From the NCBI RefSeq assembly GCF_009914755.1, contig NC_060928.1: a stretch of DNA of 64,000 nt. One strand, 5' to 3'. The notes beneath the pieces were generated by a model. The model saw only the letters and a list, made by a program, of their open reading frames with translations. It ran no database searches and had not been told where the DNA came from. The position numbers and the translations under genes were made by a program. Source of the stretch: the human T2T-CHM13v2.0 reference genome, Homo sapiens. Of the stretch, positions 39,701 through 55,522 are shown in pieces; within the stretch, counting starts at the first letter, position 1, and each line of letters begins with the position of its first letter.

Positions 39701-41529
39701 TCATGATGTCAGTCAGAGCCTAACCAGAAAAACAGAAACCACTCTGTGTATATCAAAAGATGGGATTGAATCACAGGAATTTTAACTATTAACTAATTAG
39801 TTAAGCAAACTTGAAACTACGAAGCAATCTAGGCATCAACAACAGGAGGGAGTCAATATCCCAAGGATGAGGAGCAAAGACGAAGAAGCTATATTATCTG
39901 ATTTGGCTATTAGGATTTCCAGGCTGTAGTTGGATTTATCCAGTTTTTAGCAAACGCCATAGAGGAAAGGGCGGTGCTGCTTCAAGAGAGGCTTCCTTAA
40001 GTCAAGGGGAACAAAGAAGTGTCTTGGCTTCTCCCTGCAGTGCACCCTTCAGTCTTCTCTTAGGGTCTCCCATTGGCCAGAGTCAACTAGCTGGCAGTTT
40101 ACATAATAGTTCATCAACAGAACCTGCAAGAACTAGCTCTGCTTTCTTCCTCTCCACTCCTTTTCTCTACTCACAAACACACATTCACACATACACACTC
40201 TCTCACTCACACACATGCACCACAGCACAGCACATCACACCACACCACACACACACACCACACCACAAAGAGACAGTACCTATGTCACAAACATAAACAT
40301 AGAGAGCCAAAGAGAGAAATACTATGGTATTTTTGTACTTTATTTATGCTTATGTATGATGTCCCTTAGTCGAATACAACCCCGTCTATAGGCTAGCCAA
40401 CCGAATGTATTCTACCTTTCTTCTCATCTCTTAATAGTTAAATAATCAAAGAACTGCTGAGAGACACCAATGTTAATGAAGACACTAGAGTTCACCCAGA
40501 TTGTTTAGTTGTTAAACAGCAAAAATTTTTCCCTATACGTAAAACACATATATTTATTTCTCACCAAGAAACCTATGATTTCATGGAATTTATAATTAAA
40601 AATTATCAAACAGTAAAACAACAGTAATTATCAAATTATTAAACAATAATTAACAAACGATAACTTGATAATTGTTTTCAAAAGTATTAGAAAGTATTAA
40701 CTATTATGTTCAATGTAGTTCCTACTTACCAATAATTTGATGGTTTCTAGTTTGAAGTATCAATTTATCTTTAATTGTATGATAGTAGAAATGAATTTGT
40801 ATACTGTTTTAATAGATAAATAAGATTCATGCATTTATCATTTATAAGACCACATAGAATACTTAAAACAATTTTCACTTTTAATTTTTTTTATAATATA
40901 GTGGAAGGACTCTTTTTAATCTCATCTCTTTGTATCAGTCAAAATAAACTAAATCCTAATCTACATTGTTTAATTAACACATACCTTTTGACTTACATAA
41001 GAAAAAGGGTCATGTTACAACAGTTCTTGAGTTGGTTAATCAATACAATGGGTCAACAAGATTATAAAGCAGCCAGTATCCTTCCACCTTTTGCTCTACC
41101 ATGCTCATCAGTGCTACTGGCTTTAAATTTTTATTAACTTTACTTATGTGTGCAAGATTACTGCCAGAGTTCTTAGCAACTTATATGGGGGGGCAAGATG
41201 TGGGAATGTATCTAGAAGGATACCATAGTAGAACACCCAACATGTATCCAGACCGTATGTGTCTCATTTTTAAAAGAGGCAACATTTTGAGAACCCTGAG
41301 CCAATTTTCCTTGTAAGTCATTAACTAGAATATTGTCAAATGCCCAAGAAGAAAGCAATCACTGATGAGAGTAATAGGATCACTATGTTTGTCTTATAAT
41401 AATAATTAAATTTACCCTGACCAGACTTTAATTACATCCTCTAAAGAGGGTTTATTAAATATAAATGGCTTTTATTATTTTTAATAAGGAACACAGGAGA
41501 GGGGAGGGATGGAGTGACTTAGGATTGGT

Positions 41530-43515
41530 TAGACTGTGTCGCAATAAGAAACCACCTGAAACATCTCAGCAGTGAAGTTTCTCTCTTTCTTATGTGAGAT
41601 GTCAATACATGGGCCTCTGTTTATCTTGGGCTCTCACCAATGAGGGCCAAGAAGGTTAAATCTTATCAAATGCTTCCATAATCACAGCAGCAGAAAAAAG
41701 TAAAATGGAAACCCTGCACTGGACCTTAAAGTTTCTGACTAGAAGTGGCACATGCCATCTTCATAGACAATCTGAGTTTAACATGGTAGTGATGTATATT
41801 CCTCCCATTGAAAGGGGAATGGGATATTTGTGAAGAATATACAGTTTATAAAAGTACATACCTTTGGTCTCCAAATATTTGGTTCCTTCCCCCTCCCACT
41901 GACAGATTATAACCCCTATATCTTCATTCCCTATAACCATGATCCCATCTAGGCAGAATGCTTTGTTCTGAAAGCACATGATATAAGGGTAGATATAGTA
42001 ATTTGCTCAGGTTTGGGAGTGCATTTTGAATACATAATCCTATAAGAGAAAAAGCAAAGTTATTTGCCCCACCCCATACTTTTAATAAACAAGAGTGGGC
42101 CTCGGATAAGATAATCACAGTTAACAAACCCATTCTCAAATAAAGAAGGAATGGAAGGCACACAGTATTCCTCTGTTTATAAAAATGCTAAAATTCTGTT
42201 GTTCAGAATTTTGTTGTTCAGTAATCCACCCTCAGTAATAGGAAATGCTCCTTGATTAAACTCTGATAGCACTACCTGGAAATATTTTTCCCATTCATTT
42301 TTTTTCCCTGCCATTCTTAGCTCCACACTCTGGAAGTTCTTTTCTTTTTTTCACTTTCTATTTTGGTTACATCTGAAGAAAGCACTGGATAATTCACCCT
42401 TCTTGGTGGTCAAACAGCTCCTTTTCTTTCCTCTTATCATAGAAAGTTTGGGACCCAAATATTGTTTTAGAAATTAAATGGTCAGTCTCTGAGTCCATGA
42501 GATGGCTCTTTTCAAAGTACACTCTCACTCATTTTGTAGCCTTTAAAAAATTATTCCAATAAGGTTTATGTTCCAAAATCCATACTCCCAAAGCTCTTGA
42601 AGATAGGCCTTTCTCTCTAAACCTATATTCAGATAATTTGAGATTATGTAGCTTCCTCAGAAGAGGCAGTTTTCCTGAGGCGTTTTTGTCTAATTGAAAG
42701 TATTTAAATTTTTATGATATTTTAATCACGGGTAAATGGACATGGCATAATTTAGTCTTTACCACAAGACTGAGTTTGGTATGCCTTTAATGTTTAATAA
42801 ATTTCTCAATATTATTTCTTATTGATTGTGAGAGAAAATTAGTTGCTTCTCCTCTTACAAGAATTTTTGCTGATCTAACATGTGCTCCTTTCATTCCTCT
42901 TTTACTGTTCTGTTTCCTACACTTCGTTTTAAGTTACGCACTTATTAGGTATACTATTTACTTTCCAAATTACATAGCACGTCAGTTTTACCACATTAAA
43001 ACCATAGAATAACATGAATTGTCCTCCTTCTATCCTCCAATAACAGTTTCCTCATTACGTTCTATTTTGCTCCAAAGCCAATTCTATATTCTTTGGTTTG
43101 CATGTTTAGGTTAAGGCAAAAAGGACTTATGATATTAATTTCTGTCCATATAAACTAGGTTATATGTGCAAAAATATCAGGGGCTGAAAAAAAACCAAAG
43201 GTTTGTCTCTTTCTCATATTGGAGATTCATTGTAGTTTGGCCATGGTTGTGATCTGTATAATGCCTTTCTTTCTGGACTCAGGCTGACAAAACAGACTTT
43301 ATCTGAAGAATTGTCATCATCATGGCAGAGAGAAAGGAGAACATGTCAAAGCATTTGCTGGCTCTCACAGCTTCTTCCTGAAAGTGCATATTTTATTTTT
43401 ACTTACATTTCAATGGAAAAGCAAATCATGGGCATTCCAGAGTTCAGCAAAGTGAAAATATATAATCCTCATGGAGTGGCAGCAATAATGGTGACTATCC
43501 ATTCAATTAACAATC
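41530..43515 (-). mobile_element. Ancient MLT1-type (MLT1M/N/O-like) MaLR with two LTRs and internal region
   Basis: Weakly similar blocks at about 41530-41855 and 43140-43515 (aagtttctctctttcttat / aggtttgtctctttctcat; ctggaccttaaagtttctgactagaagtg / ctggctctcacagcttcttcctgaaagtg); PBS-like junction acttatgatattaatttctgt at about 43125-43145. Confidence 0.5.
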
Positions 43516-43529
43516 TCAAGGATACGCTT

Positions 43530-43752
43530 TTTAAAAAACACTTTATTTTTTAGAGTAGTATTGGACTCACAGCAAAACTGAGAGATAGACACAGAAATTT
43601 TATATATACCACCTGCCCCTACACATGCATATCCTCCCACAATATCAATATTTCCCACCAGAGTGGTGTATTCATTGCAACTGATGAACCTACCCTGATA
43701 ATTCATTATATCCCCAAATCTACAGTTCACATTATTACATTAGGGTTCACTA
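43530..43752 (-). mobile_element. L1MB/L1MC 3' UTR fragment
   Basis: cccaccagagtggtgtattcattgcaactgatgaacctac...ttacattagggttcact. Confidence 0.8.
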
Positions 43753-43779
43753 ACGCAATATTAATTTTGATTAATATAT

Positions 43780-44225
43780 TTTTCCAGTTTCCCTAGAAAA
43801 GAGAGCCTGAAGCAAAATCATATCTGCTAGCACTTCATTGAATAATACAATCCCAAAGAAGCAGGAGGGGAAGATGAAGAAAGTAAAGCCAGGAAATGGT
43901 GAACACAGAATATAGCTTTGTAACAAGTGTGTTTGGTCTCATTGGAGGTCTTCAAGGAGGCATATTGCTTTTTGAAATAGTCCATGAATTATGGAGACAA
44001 AAATAAGAGCTTATCTACTGCTACCAATCCTCCATTGCTCAGGACTCATTGGGTCATAACTCCTCTGCACCTCTAGAAGTTACAGTCTGGTTTTCCTAAC
44101 ATCTGGCTGGAAACTGATATCCAAATACAACAGTAGAGGCCTCCTCAGTGAAAGCCATAGAATTCATGTCTGTTCAGGTGAGCCAAATGAATGAATGTCT
44201 ACCAAGAGTCTATCATCACGCCCCT
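43780..44225. mobile_element. Probable ancient ERVL LTR (LTR16-like)
   Basis: ttccctagaaaagagagcctgaagcaaaa...tacaatcccaaagaagcaggagggg. Confidence 0.35.
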
Positions 44226-45039
44226 CTATTCAGCATCACAAGAAAACTTCAGAGTAGATGGCAAGAAACCTGCTGTATGAAGCTTGTGATAAGGTTCTGT
44301 TAAAGTTTGTCTTAAGTAAAATGACAAACGGAGAAAAAAAACAATAGATTCTAAATCAAGGGTCACAAAATCACTTAAATTTGCCAAAATAAATAGAAAT
44401 TTATAATAAAACATACACAGAAGTCTTATAAAATCCCAAATCAGGAAGTTTAGCCAGGCCAAATGAAAAATGGAAAATCAGGCAACTAATTATTTCCTCT
44501 TATTTGCTCTATAGTTTATTATTTTTGTGTTTTCCTATACAACTGATGCACACTTCTCTTTGAAGACCAGTGTTACTCCTCAAGCCTCTTTGTTGTTATT
44601 TCTTCAAAACTAACTTGAAAATAGCTTTGGTTTTCAAACTTCTCAATTCTCTTTGATCTGACAGGTCACTATAGCAATTCAGTCCAAATATCATTGGTCA
44701 TTCACTGGGTGATCCAATTACAAATTCCAGAGCAAGAATTCTGCTTTCCCCAGGTTTCTGCCCTTGGTTATAAATCTGTGCAAAAGAAAAAAAAAGAGTG
44801 AAGTTATGTTTAACAAATATACACACTTAGGTCCATGTTGAGGATTCTAAGTGTCTGGGTGCACTAGATTTTTTTTTAAGGCCATGAGAAGGGCAAAATC
44901 TCATAGAAAGGAGAAAATTTTTACATCATAATTACATTTATATACATTGAAGTTTCACAAAAAATATTTTAATGAACAAAACATTTTGTTAAGAAAGATA
45001 GTTTAAGATATTAAATATGGAGTGAGGTTATTATTTGAT

Positions 45040-45163
45040 TTTCCGTAGAGAGAGGGTTTCACTATGTTTGCCAAGATATTCTCAAACTCTTGACCTCAAG
45101 TGATCTGCTCACCTTGACCTCCCAAAGAGCTGGGATTACAGGTGTGAATCACTGCTCCCAGCC
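45040..45163 (-). mobile_element. Alu left monomer/FLAM fragment
   Basis: gtagagagagggtttcactatg...cccaaagagctgggattacaggtgtgaatcactg. Confidence 0.85.
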
Positions 45164-46019
45164 CATTTTTGTTAAAATTTAGTTTTATAATAACCATGGG
45201 TTGGAGATTTCTGAAACCATTATTTGAGCTATTTGGACAAAAATGTCATTTCAAGTTTGTACTTTTTCTGTTTACTTTAAGATAATTAAGACATTGCTTT
45301 AACTTTATACTTCATTGCATTTTGTTCATAAAGCCAGAGGTCAAAAATACGCTAATTATCATATATTGCTTAAAATAAGATAGACTTTAAACACTTAATG
45401 AAAACTGATGACTTTAAGAAAAAAATAAATGAGTTGTTTTATTTGTGGATATACTTTATACAGTAAATGGAAACTCTGAACACTGATCAATTGTCTAGTT
45501 TACCTCCAATATGTTTCTTTTTAATCTGAACTCCAATGCATTATTCCCTTTCCCTATAAGTTAACTTCACTTTTAATGTTTCATAGAGCGATGATTAAAA
45601 TTGCACATTTTCACATCAAAATCTTCCCTAAAGTTCACTAGAAGGCTAAGTTGGGAGTTTGGAAACACTGTAGAAACCAAAATGTATCTATTTTGTAATA
45701 ACAAAAACATATACTCATGAGAATAGTAAATTGAGTATGTTTTCCATGATGAATCTCACTTGTTTGTAATTATGGAATGTAGTACAATTAAAATCAATGT
45801 TGACTTGCAAAAACATTAGCATCCTCAGAAATGTATAAGTTCACTTAGAGTTTATACATTTATTTCTCAATTGTAATTAAAAATCCACCAACATGAAGGT
45901 TAAGCTCCTATTTTTTTTGTTATGTGTCATGTATTTTCTTCTATATATATTGATTTTTAAAATTTAAAATAAAAATTAAAAATCTAATGGACAGTAATTT
46001 TCACATAAATCCCAACATT

Positions 46020-48100
<2,081 letters not shown>

Positions 48101-48104
48101 TACT

Positions 48105-50496
48105 TGTGTTAGTTCATTCTCACACTGCTATAGGACATACCTGAGACTGAGTAATTTATAAAGTAAAGAGGTTTAATTGGATTTACAGTTCTGCAGGGCT
48201 GGGGAGGCCTCAGAAAACTTACCATTTTGGGGGAAGGTAAAGTAATCATGTTCTTCTTCACATGGTGGCAGCAGGCAAAAGTGCAGAGTGAAGGTGGGGG
48301 AAAGCCCCTTATAAAACCATCAGCTCATGAGAACTCACTCACTATGATGAGGTCAGCATGGAGGTAACCTCCCAATGATTCAAGTACCTCTACCTAGTTC
48401 TTCCCACGACATGTGGGGATTATAAGAACTACAATTCCAGATGAGATTTGGGTGGAGACACAGCCAAACTATGTCATTCCACCCCAGCCCCTCCCAAATC
48501 TTATGTCTTCACATTTCAAAACACAATCATGCCCTTTCAACAGTCCCCCAAAGTCTCAACTAATTCTAGCATTAACTCAAAAGTCCATGTCCAAAGCCTC
48601 ATCTGAGACAAGGCAAGTCCCTTCCACCTATAAGCCTGTGAAATCAAAATCCAGTTAGTTACTTCCTAGAAGCAATGGGGGTACATGTATTGGGTAAATA
48701 CACCCATCCAAATGGGAGAAATTGAGCAAAACAAAAGGGCTACAGGATCCATGAAGTTTGAAATCCAGTGGGACAGTCATTAAACCTTAGAGTTCCAAAA
48801 TGATCGCCTTTGACAACATGTCTCACATCCAGGTACCCTGATGCAAGTGATAGACTCCCATAGCCTTGGGCAACCTAGCCTCTGTGGTTTTGCATGGTGC
48901 AGTTCCTTTCCTGGCTGCTTTCATGGGCTGGCATTGGTGTCTGTGAGTTTTCCAGGTACAAGGTGCAAGCTGTTGGTGGATCTAACATTCTGGGGTCTGG
49001 AGGATAGTGGCCCTCTTCTTACAACTCTGCTAGGCAGTGCCCCAGTGGTCACTCTCTTTGGGGGTTCTGACTCCACATTTCCCTTCTGCACTGCCCTAGC
49101 AGAGGTTTTCCATGAGGTCTCTGCCCCTGCATCAAACTTCTGCTTGAACATCCAGACATTTCCGTTCATCCTCTGAAATCTAGGTGGAGGGCCTCAAACC
49201 TCAATTCATGACTTTTGTATACCAGCAGGCTCAACACCACATGGAAGCTGCCAAGGCTTGTGGCTTGCAGCCTCTGAAGCAACAGCATGAGCTGTACCTT
49301 GGCCCCTTTTAGCCATGAGTGGAGTGACTGGGACTTAGGGCACCGAATCCCAAGGCTGCACACAGTAGAAGGAGCCTGGGCCCGGTCCACGAAACCATTT
49401 TTCCCTCCAAGGCCTCTAGGTCTGTGATGGAAGGGGCTGCCGCCAAGGCCTCTAACATGCCCAGGAGACATTTTCCCCATTGACTTGGTGATTAACATCT
49501 GCCTTCTCATTACTTATACAAATTTCTGCAGCCACCTTGAATGTCTTCCCAGAAAATGAGTTTTTCTATTCTATCACATCAGGCTGCAAATTTTCCAAAC
49601 TTTTAGGCTTTGCTTCCTCTTGAATGCTTTGCTGCTTAGAAATTTCTTCTGCCGGATACCCTAAATCATCTCTCTCAAGTTCAAAGTTCCACAAACATCT
49701 AGGACAGGGGAAAAATGTCACCAGTCTCTTTGCTAATGCATAGCAGGAGTCACCTTTGCTCCAGTTCCCAACAAGTTCCTCATCTCCATCTGAGACCACC
49801 TTAGCCTGGACTTTATTGTCCATATTACTATTAGCACTTTGGTTAAAGACATTCAACAAGTCTCCAGGCAGTCCCAAACTTTCTGACATCTTCCTGTCTT
49901 CTGAGCCCTCCAAGTCTTTAGGAAGTTCCAAACTGTCTCGTGTGTTCCTGTCTTCTGAACCCTCCAAGTCTTTAGGAAGTTCCAAACTTTCCAGCATTTT
50001 TCTATCTTCTTCTGAGCCCTCCAAACTGTTCCAAACTCTGCCTGTTACCCAGTTCCAAAGTTGCTTTCACATTTTTGGGTATCTTTATAGCAGCACCCCA
50101 CTCTCTGTGGTACCAATTTACTGTATTAGTCCATTCTCACACTGCTATAAGGACATATCCAAGATGGGGTAATTTATATAGGAAAGAGGTTTATTTGACT
50201 CACATTTGTGCAGGGCTGGGGAAGCCTCAGGAAACTTAGAGTCATGGTGGAAGGGGAAGCAAACACACTTTTTGTCACAGTGCAGTAGAAATAGGGAAGT
50301 GCAGAGCGAAGGGGGGACAAGCCTTTTATAAAACCATCGGATCTCATGAGATATCACTCACTATCACAAGAGCAGCATGGTGGTAATCACCCCCATGATT
50401 CAGTTACCTCCACCTGGTCCCTCCCACAACACATTGGGATTATGGGAACTACAATTCCAGATGAAATTAAGGTGGGTACACAGCCAAATCATATCA
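48105..50496 (-). mobile_element. Full THE1 (THE1C/D-like) MaLR provirus: LTR 48105-48476, internal 48477-50121, LTR 50122-50496
   Basis: Two homologous LTRs of about 370 bp; PBS-like tggtaccacagagagtgggg at about 50096-50115; THE1-int peptide WNFELERDDLGY. Confidence 0.93.
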
Positions 50497-50759
50497 GTAG
50501 TTATTATAAATAATTCATTAAGCTTTGCCTTCAGACTGACACATTTTGCAGCATATAGGTCTTAGAAGAGGGTATTTCTGATAATATCCAGTAAAGACGA
50601 TGAGAGAGACTGCTACTTACAAATATCCCTCTTTTCTCTGTCACAGATGCATTACTAGATAATATATTCCAACTTCCACATATGTCACTGTGGTCACTAT
50701 GTGACTTTATAGTGCTCAATAAAACACTGGTGAAAGTGATGTGCTTATTTTCAAGATGT

Positions 50760-51820
50760 GCTCCTAACTTCTCTCTTCCCATTTTCTCTTTTTCTTTCTT
50801 TTAATATGCGAGGTGGATGAACAGTCTAGTGAAGCGCTATTAGGTCCTAAAAATGTTAGACTAACTATATGGAAGAAACCTGGGTATCCGAATACTTGCA
50901 TGAAGAAAAGACACTTCCCAAGTGTCATGCAGCTGCTAGTGGTGCACGGTGGCCGCTGCTAGTTGGTTGCCACACTTCCGTAGGTCTGGCCAGTAAGGAG
51001 ACGATAAACTAAAGTGGATTTAGAAAGTATATTACTGGCCGGGAGTGGTGGCTCACACCTGTAATCCCAGCACTTTGGGAGGCTGAGGTGGGCGGATCAC
51101 CTGAGGCCAGGAGTTTGCAACCAGCCTAACCAAAATGACAAAATTCTGTCTACTAAAAATACAAAAATTAGCCAGGGATGATGGCGGATGCCTGTAATCC
51201 CAGCTACTCAGGGGGCTGAGGTGGAGGTTGCAGTGAGTCAAGATCACACTACTGCACTCCAGCCTGGGCGACAGAGCAAGAGTCCATCTCAATAAATAAA
51301 TAAAAGAAAATGTATTACCTATGGTACAGAAAATAGCATGAGTGCTATATTCTCATGAGTTTCTTTGCTCTCCAAGTCCCAAAAGGGTAATGTGGAGGCA
51401 AAGCATGCCCAGAAGGAAAACCCAGGAAGATGCTGTGCACACTGGGTCTGCATCATAGCTGAGAAACATTGAGTTTAGGAAACGCCCAATCTTACAAGGA
51501 AGCTGATAACAAATTGGTCCATTCTCTGCTCTGGAAAGAGGAATTATCTTTATTATCTTATTAGGCTTCACATTTGCCCTGTGACTCAGAGAGAGAGAGA
51601 CAATTGCTAGCTTTTAAACCTTTTGCTATATAAACATCTTTGGAATGATAATCCAAAATAAAGCTGTCACAAGACATTTTGAAATACTAGGTGAATTGCT
51701 TTACTACACCAGACATCAAACTACTGATTCACATTAAAGAATGTTGTAAGAAATAAACTGCTTTTTTTTTACTGTTATGTCAGTTTGTATTGTTAGTCAA
51801 AATTGTTAGTCTGTGATGAC
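50760..51820. mobile_element. Probable nested old LTR remnants (MLT1J/K-like fragment split by another LTR-like block)
   Basis: ggaagaaacctgggtatccgaatacttgcatg at about 50870 and gtaagaaataaactgc at about 51750 resemble MLT1; the intervening block is unassigned. Confidence 0.3.
51037..51310 (+). mobile_element. Alu (AluS-like) with internal deletion in the right arm
   Basis: ggctgaggtggaggttgcag lacks the caggagaatcgcttgaacc segment; flanks agaaagtatattac/agaaaatgtattac. Confidence 0.92.
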
Positions 51821-52249
51821 TAACACAGTTATTATAAGAATCATTTGTTCAAATTGAAAGCAAAGTGAGATTAAAATTAAAATATGACAGAACAGAAAAT
51901 GAGCTGAGAGGGAAAGAAACTGAGAAGATCTTATTTGCTCAAGTATAGAATTTTCTGTAGTGAAATATCTTGGTGGGAGGCTTGGGGCAGAAAGCAATGT
52001 AAAGTTCTTTACCATTTCCTGTCATATTGAAGGGGAGATTAGAAAAATAGCTAGCAATGATACCTCTCAATTTATGGCAATGCAGAAATTAATCTAGAAA
52101 GAAATTGAGGACCCTTTCCCCTACCTTTATGTTCCTTTCAAAAATATATTGCAGGTTCCCTTCTGATTCAGCATTGCTAAAGTAGATGAACACCTACCTA
52201 TGCATTTACCAAATAACAAAAAAGAGAGTGTTTAGTAAACAATACCAGG

Positions 52250-52695
52250 GTCAAGTGAGTTGAATGTTGGCCCTCAAAAAGATAGTCCACACCTTAATCC
52301 CTGAAATCTGTGAATGTCACTGTATTTGGAAAAAGAGTCTTTGCAGATATAATTAGTTACGTCTTAAATGAAGAGATTATCATAGATTATCCAGGTGGGC
52401 CTTAAATCCAATAAGTTTCCTTCTAACAGACACACACAAGACAGAACACAGGGATGCAATATGAGCATAATGGCAAAGATTGGAGTAATGTAACCATAAG
52501 AGAAGGAATGCTCATAGCCATTGGAAGCTGGAAGAAATGAAGAACAAATTTTTCCTAGACCTCTGGAGAAAACATGCCCCCACTGACACCTTGATTTCAG
52601 ACTTCTGACCTCCAGAACTACGAGAATAGATTTCTGTGTTTTAAGCAACTAAGTTTGTAATAATTTGCTATGAAAGCCCTAGGAAACTAACACAC
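52250..52695 (+). mobile_element. MLT1C-like MaLR solo LTR
   Basis: gttgaatgttggccctcaaaaagat...ctgacaccttgatttcagacttctgacctccagaac...gccctaggaaactaacaca. Confidence 0.85.
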
Positions 52696-53796
52696 CGTAT
52701 CAAAGGCAGAGTTTATTTACACTGACCTCAGGAATTTTTAGAGTCAGTGCTCTGACTAAGGTAACACTGTCTGTAGAGCCCAGAGCATAGACAAGGAGTG
52801 GGTGTGGCTTTGTGAAATCAGTAGGTTTTGTATGGAGAGGAATGGAAACATTTAAAATATGACATTTTCACCATTAACAGCATCTCATCCTTACTGTTTG
52901 CTCAATTTTCTGTTCAACAAATTGATTTCATTCAAAAAGCATGTATTGAACTCCTGCTTATGGTTCTAATGATGCTAGTGGTATTACTGCATCAAGAACA
53001 GCATAAAACAACAAATAGCTACCTTCTATATATATTGAAAGGAATGAATTTAAGTAAAATGACATTACAAATAAATTAAGTGTATGAAGTTATTCAAAGA
53101 TGATATAACACCTTAGAGAAAAGCTACATTTGCATTTTGGGAGGACAAATAACGAATCAAATATCTACAAGGATGTGGGGAGATTATAAGGTACCTAATG
53201 AGGAGAAGAGTATTGGGCGTATAAGAGAAAAGGTGCTATTTAGCATACTATTGACAACTATAGTAAATACTGTCCAGGTTGGAGATATGCCAAGTGAAAT
53301 TTCCTACAATTGTGCAGCTCTTATGTAATATGTGGAATCATAAACCATTTATATCAATTGTAAGGTAGTATTTTTTGATTATCTACATTTTTCTGAAGCA
53401 CCATATATTATGAGGTTCTTAGAGGAGGAAATTACAAAGTAAGCATAGGAGTCCTACATTATGAATGCCTCGAAGATCTTGTAACTACTTATGGAGATAA
53501 AAATACTAAGACAAACTGTAGTCAGAATTCTGAGATGCATACCCACACCTCTCCATATACAGCTACAAACATCAAAATACATGTGCTAATTATAGATGCT
53601 ATTGATGTTCAGAGGCTAAAAGAAACTAAGGTAGACTATACTTTTCTGGAGTGACTGTAGGTAGCAAATGGGATCTGAGTTAGACTTTAGACATTTCAAA
53701 GGCATCGAATTCATGAAGCTGACTAGGCACATGTACCATTGTCCTTCCTTCTCTCAAGAGTTCTCATTAAACTGTTAGAAATTAGAGGAAAATTCC

Positions 53797-54097
<301 letters not shown>

Positions 54098-55522
54098 GAA
54101 ATTAGGGGGAAATTGTAATACAGAGAATGAGAAGAAGTAATCCAAAGACACAGAACCAGAAAAGAGAAAGTTAACTGATGAAACTGAGTGAAAGTAAAAG
54201 TCTTAAGTGAAAGCTAGCTGCTATTAAGGGGAAGACTGAGCTCACAGACACTGTTACCCCATCTCTTCATTAACTCACTCACTCTAAAGTGAGACCTGCT
54301 AGTTGACAAGTTGAACAATATTTGGAGTAAGTCTTTGTATTTTCTAATTTTAAATAAAAATGAGGACTCAAGAGTCACAAGAGAGTTCTCATTATTACTA
54401 CATAGGAAAAACAGTATAAACTAGGAAAATACCCCATTAGGATAGAGATGTAATTCAGAAGAAAATCTTTAAAAATAACAGCAAAATAAACAAACAAGGC
54501 CAAGAAAAGGATAAATCAGAGAATAAATAGTGTTTTAGTATTAAAATATTAATAGTTAAATAAATAATCTACTAGAAAGATAGAAACAGGATAATGAAGA
54601 AATGTCTTCAAATATTGAATACAAAGAGAAGTTTAAAAAAGAAAGACTACAAATCAGAGGGTCAACATCACAGTCTGAAAGAAAACAAATAAAATAGGGA
54701 GACTTATCTACTTTTGACCGTATATTCAGGATCCTCCCCCACTTCTGCCACCAGTGGAACTGGGGGATAAAACAGCAAAGATTGAAGACATATTGGAGAA
54801 AACAGTGGAAACAACTCAGGACAGTGATGAAGGGGAGTCTCATGAAATCATCTGTGTTGCAAATCTAGAGAGGTATGACGTACCACAGTGGAGTAACTGG
54901 ATGGATGGAATTCACCTAGAAGGAGATCTTCAGGGAAAAACAAAACAAACAAACAAAAAAAACCAAAAAAACTCTCGAACTATTACACTAGGTAATATAT
55001 ATACACACAAATATATATTTTTTCTTTTTCTATATTTTCTGTTTTCATTCTATGTATTTCAAATTTACAAATAAAAATTGTAAATATTTGTTGTGTCAGC
55101 ATAATATTTTCAGATATATATATACACATTGTGGAATGACTAAATCAAGCTAATTAACTTATCCATTCTCTTGCATTTTTTTTGGTTTTTAAATGAAAAC
55201 ATTTAAATTCTACTCTCAGCAATTTTCAAGCATATAATACATTGCTATTAACTATGTTAATATGTTGTATATTAGATCTCCTGAACTTACTCCTTTTGTC
55301 TGACTGAAATTTTGTATCTTTTGATCAATATCTCTTCAAGCCCCCACCTTTAGCATTCTACTCTTTGCTTCTATGAGATCAATTTTTTTAGTTGTAAAAA
55401 ATGTAAGTGAGATCATGCAGTGTTTGTCTTTCTGTGGCTGGCTTCAAGTTCATCCATATTGTCGTCACAAATGATAGCATTTCCTTTTTTTAGAGGCCGA
55501 ATGGTATTGAATTGTGTATATA

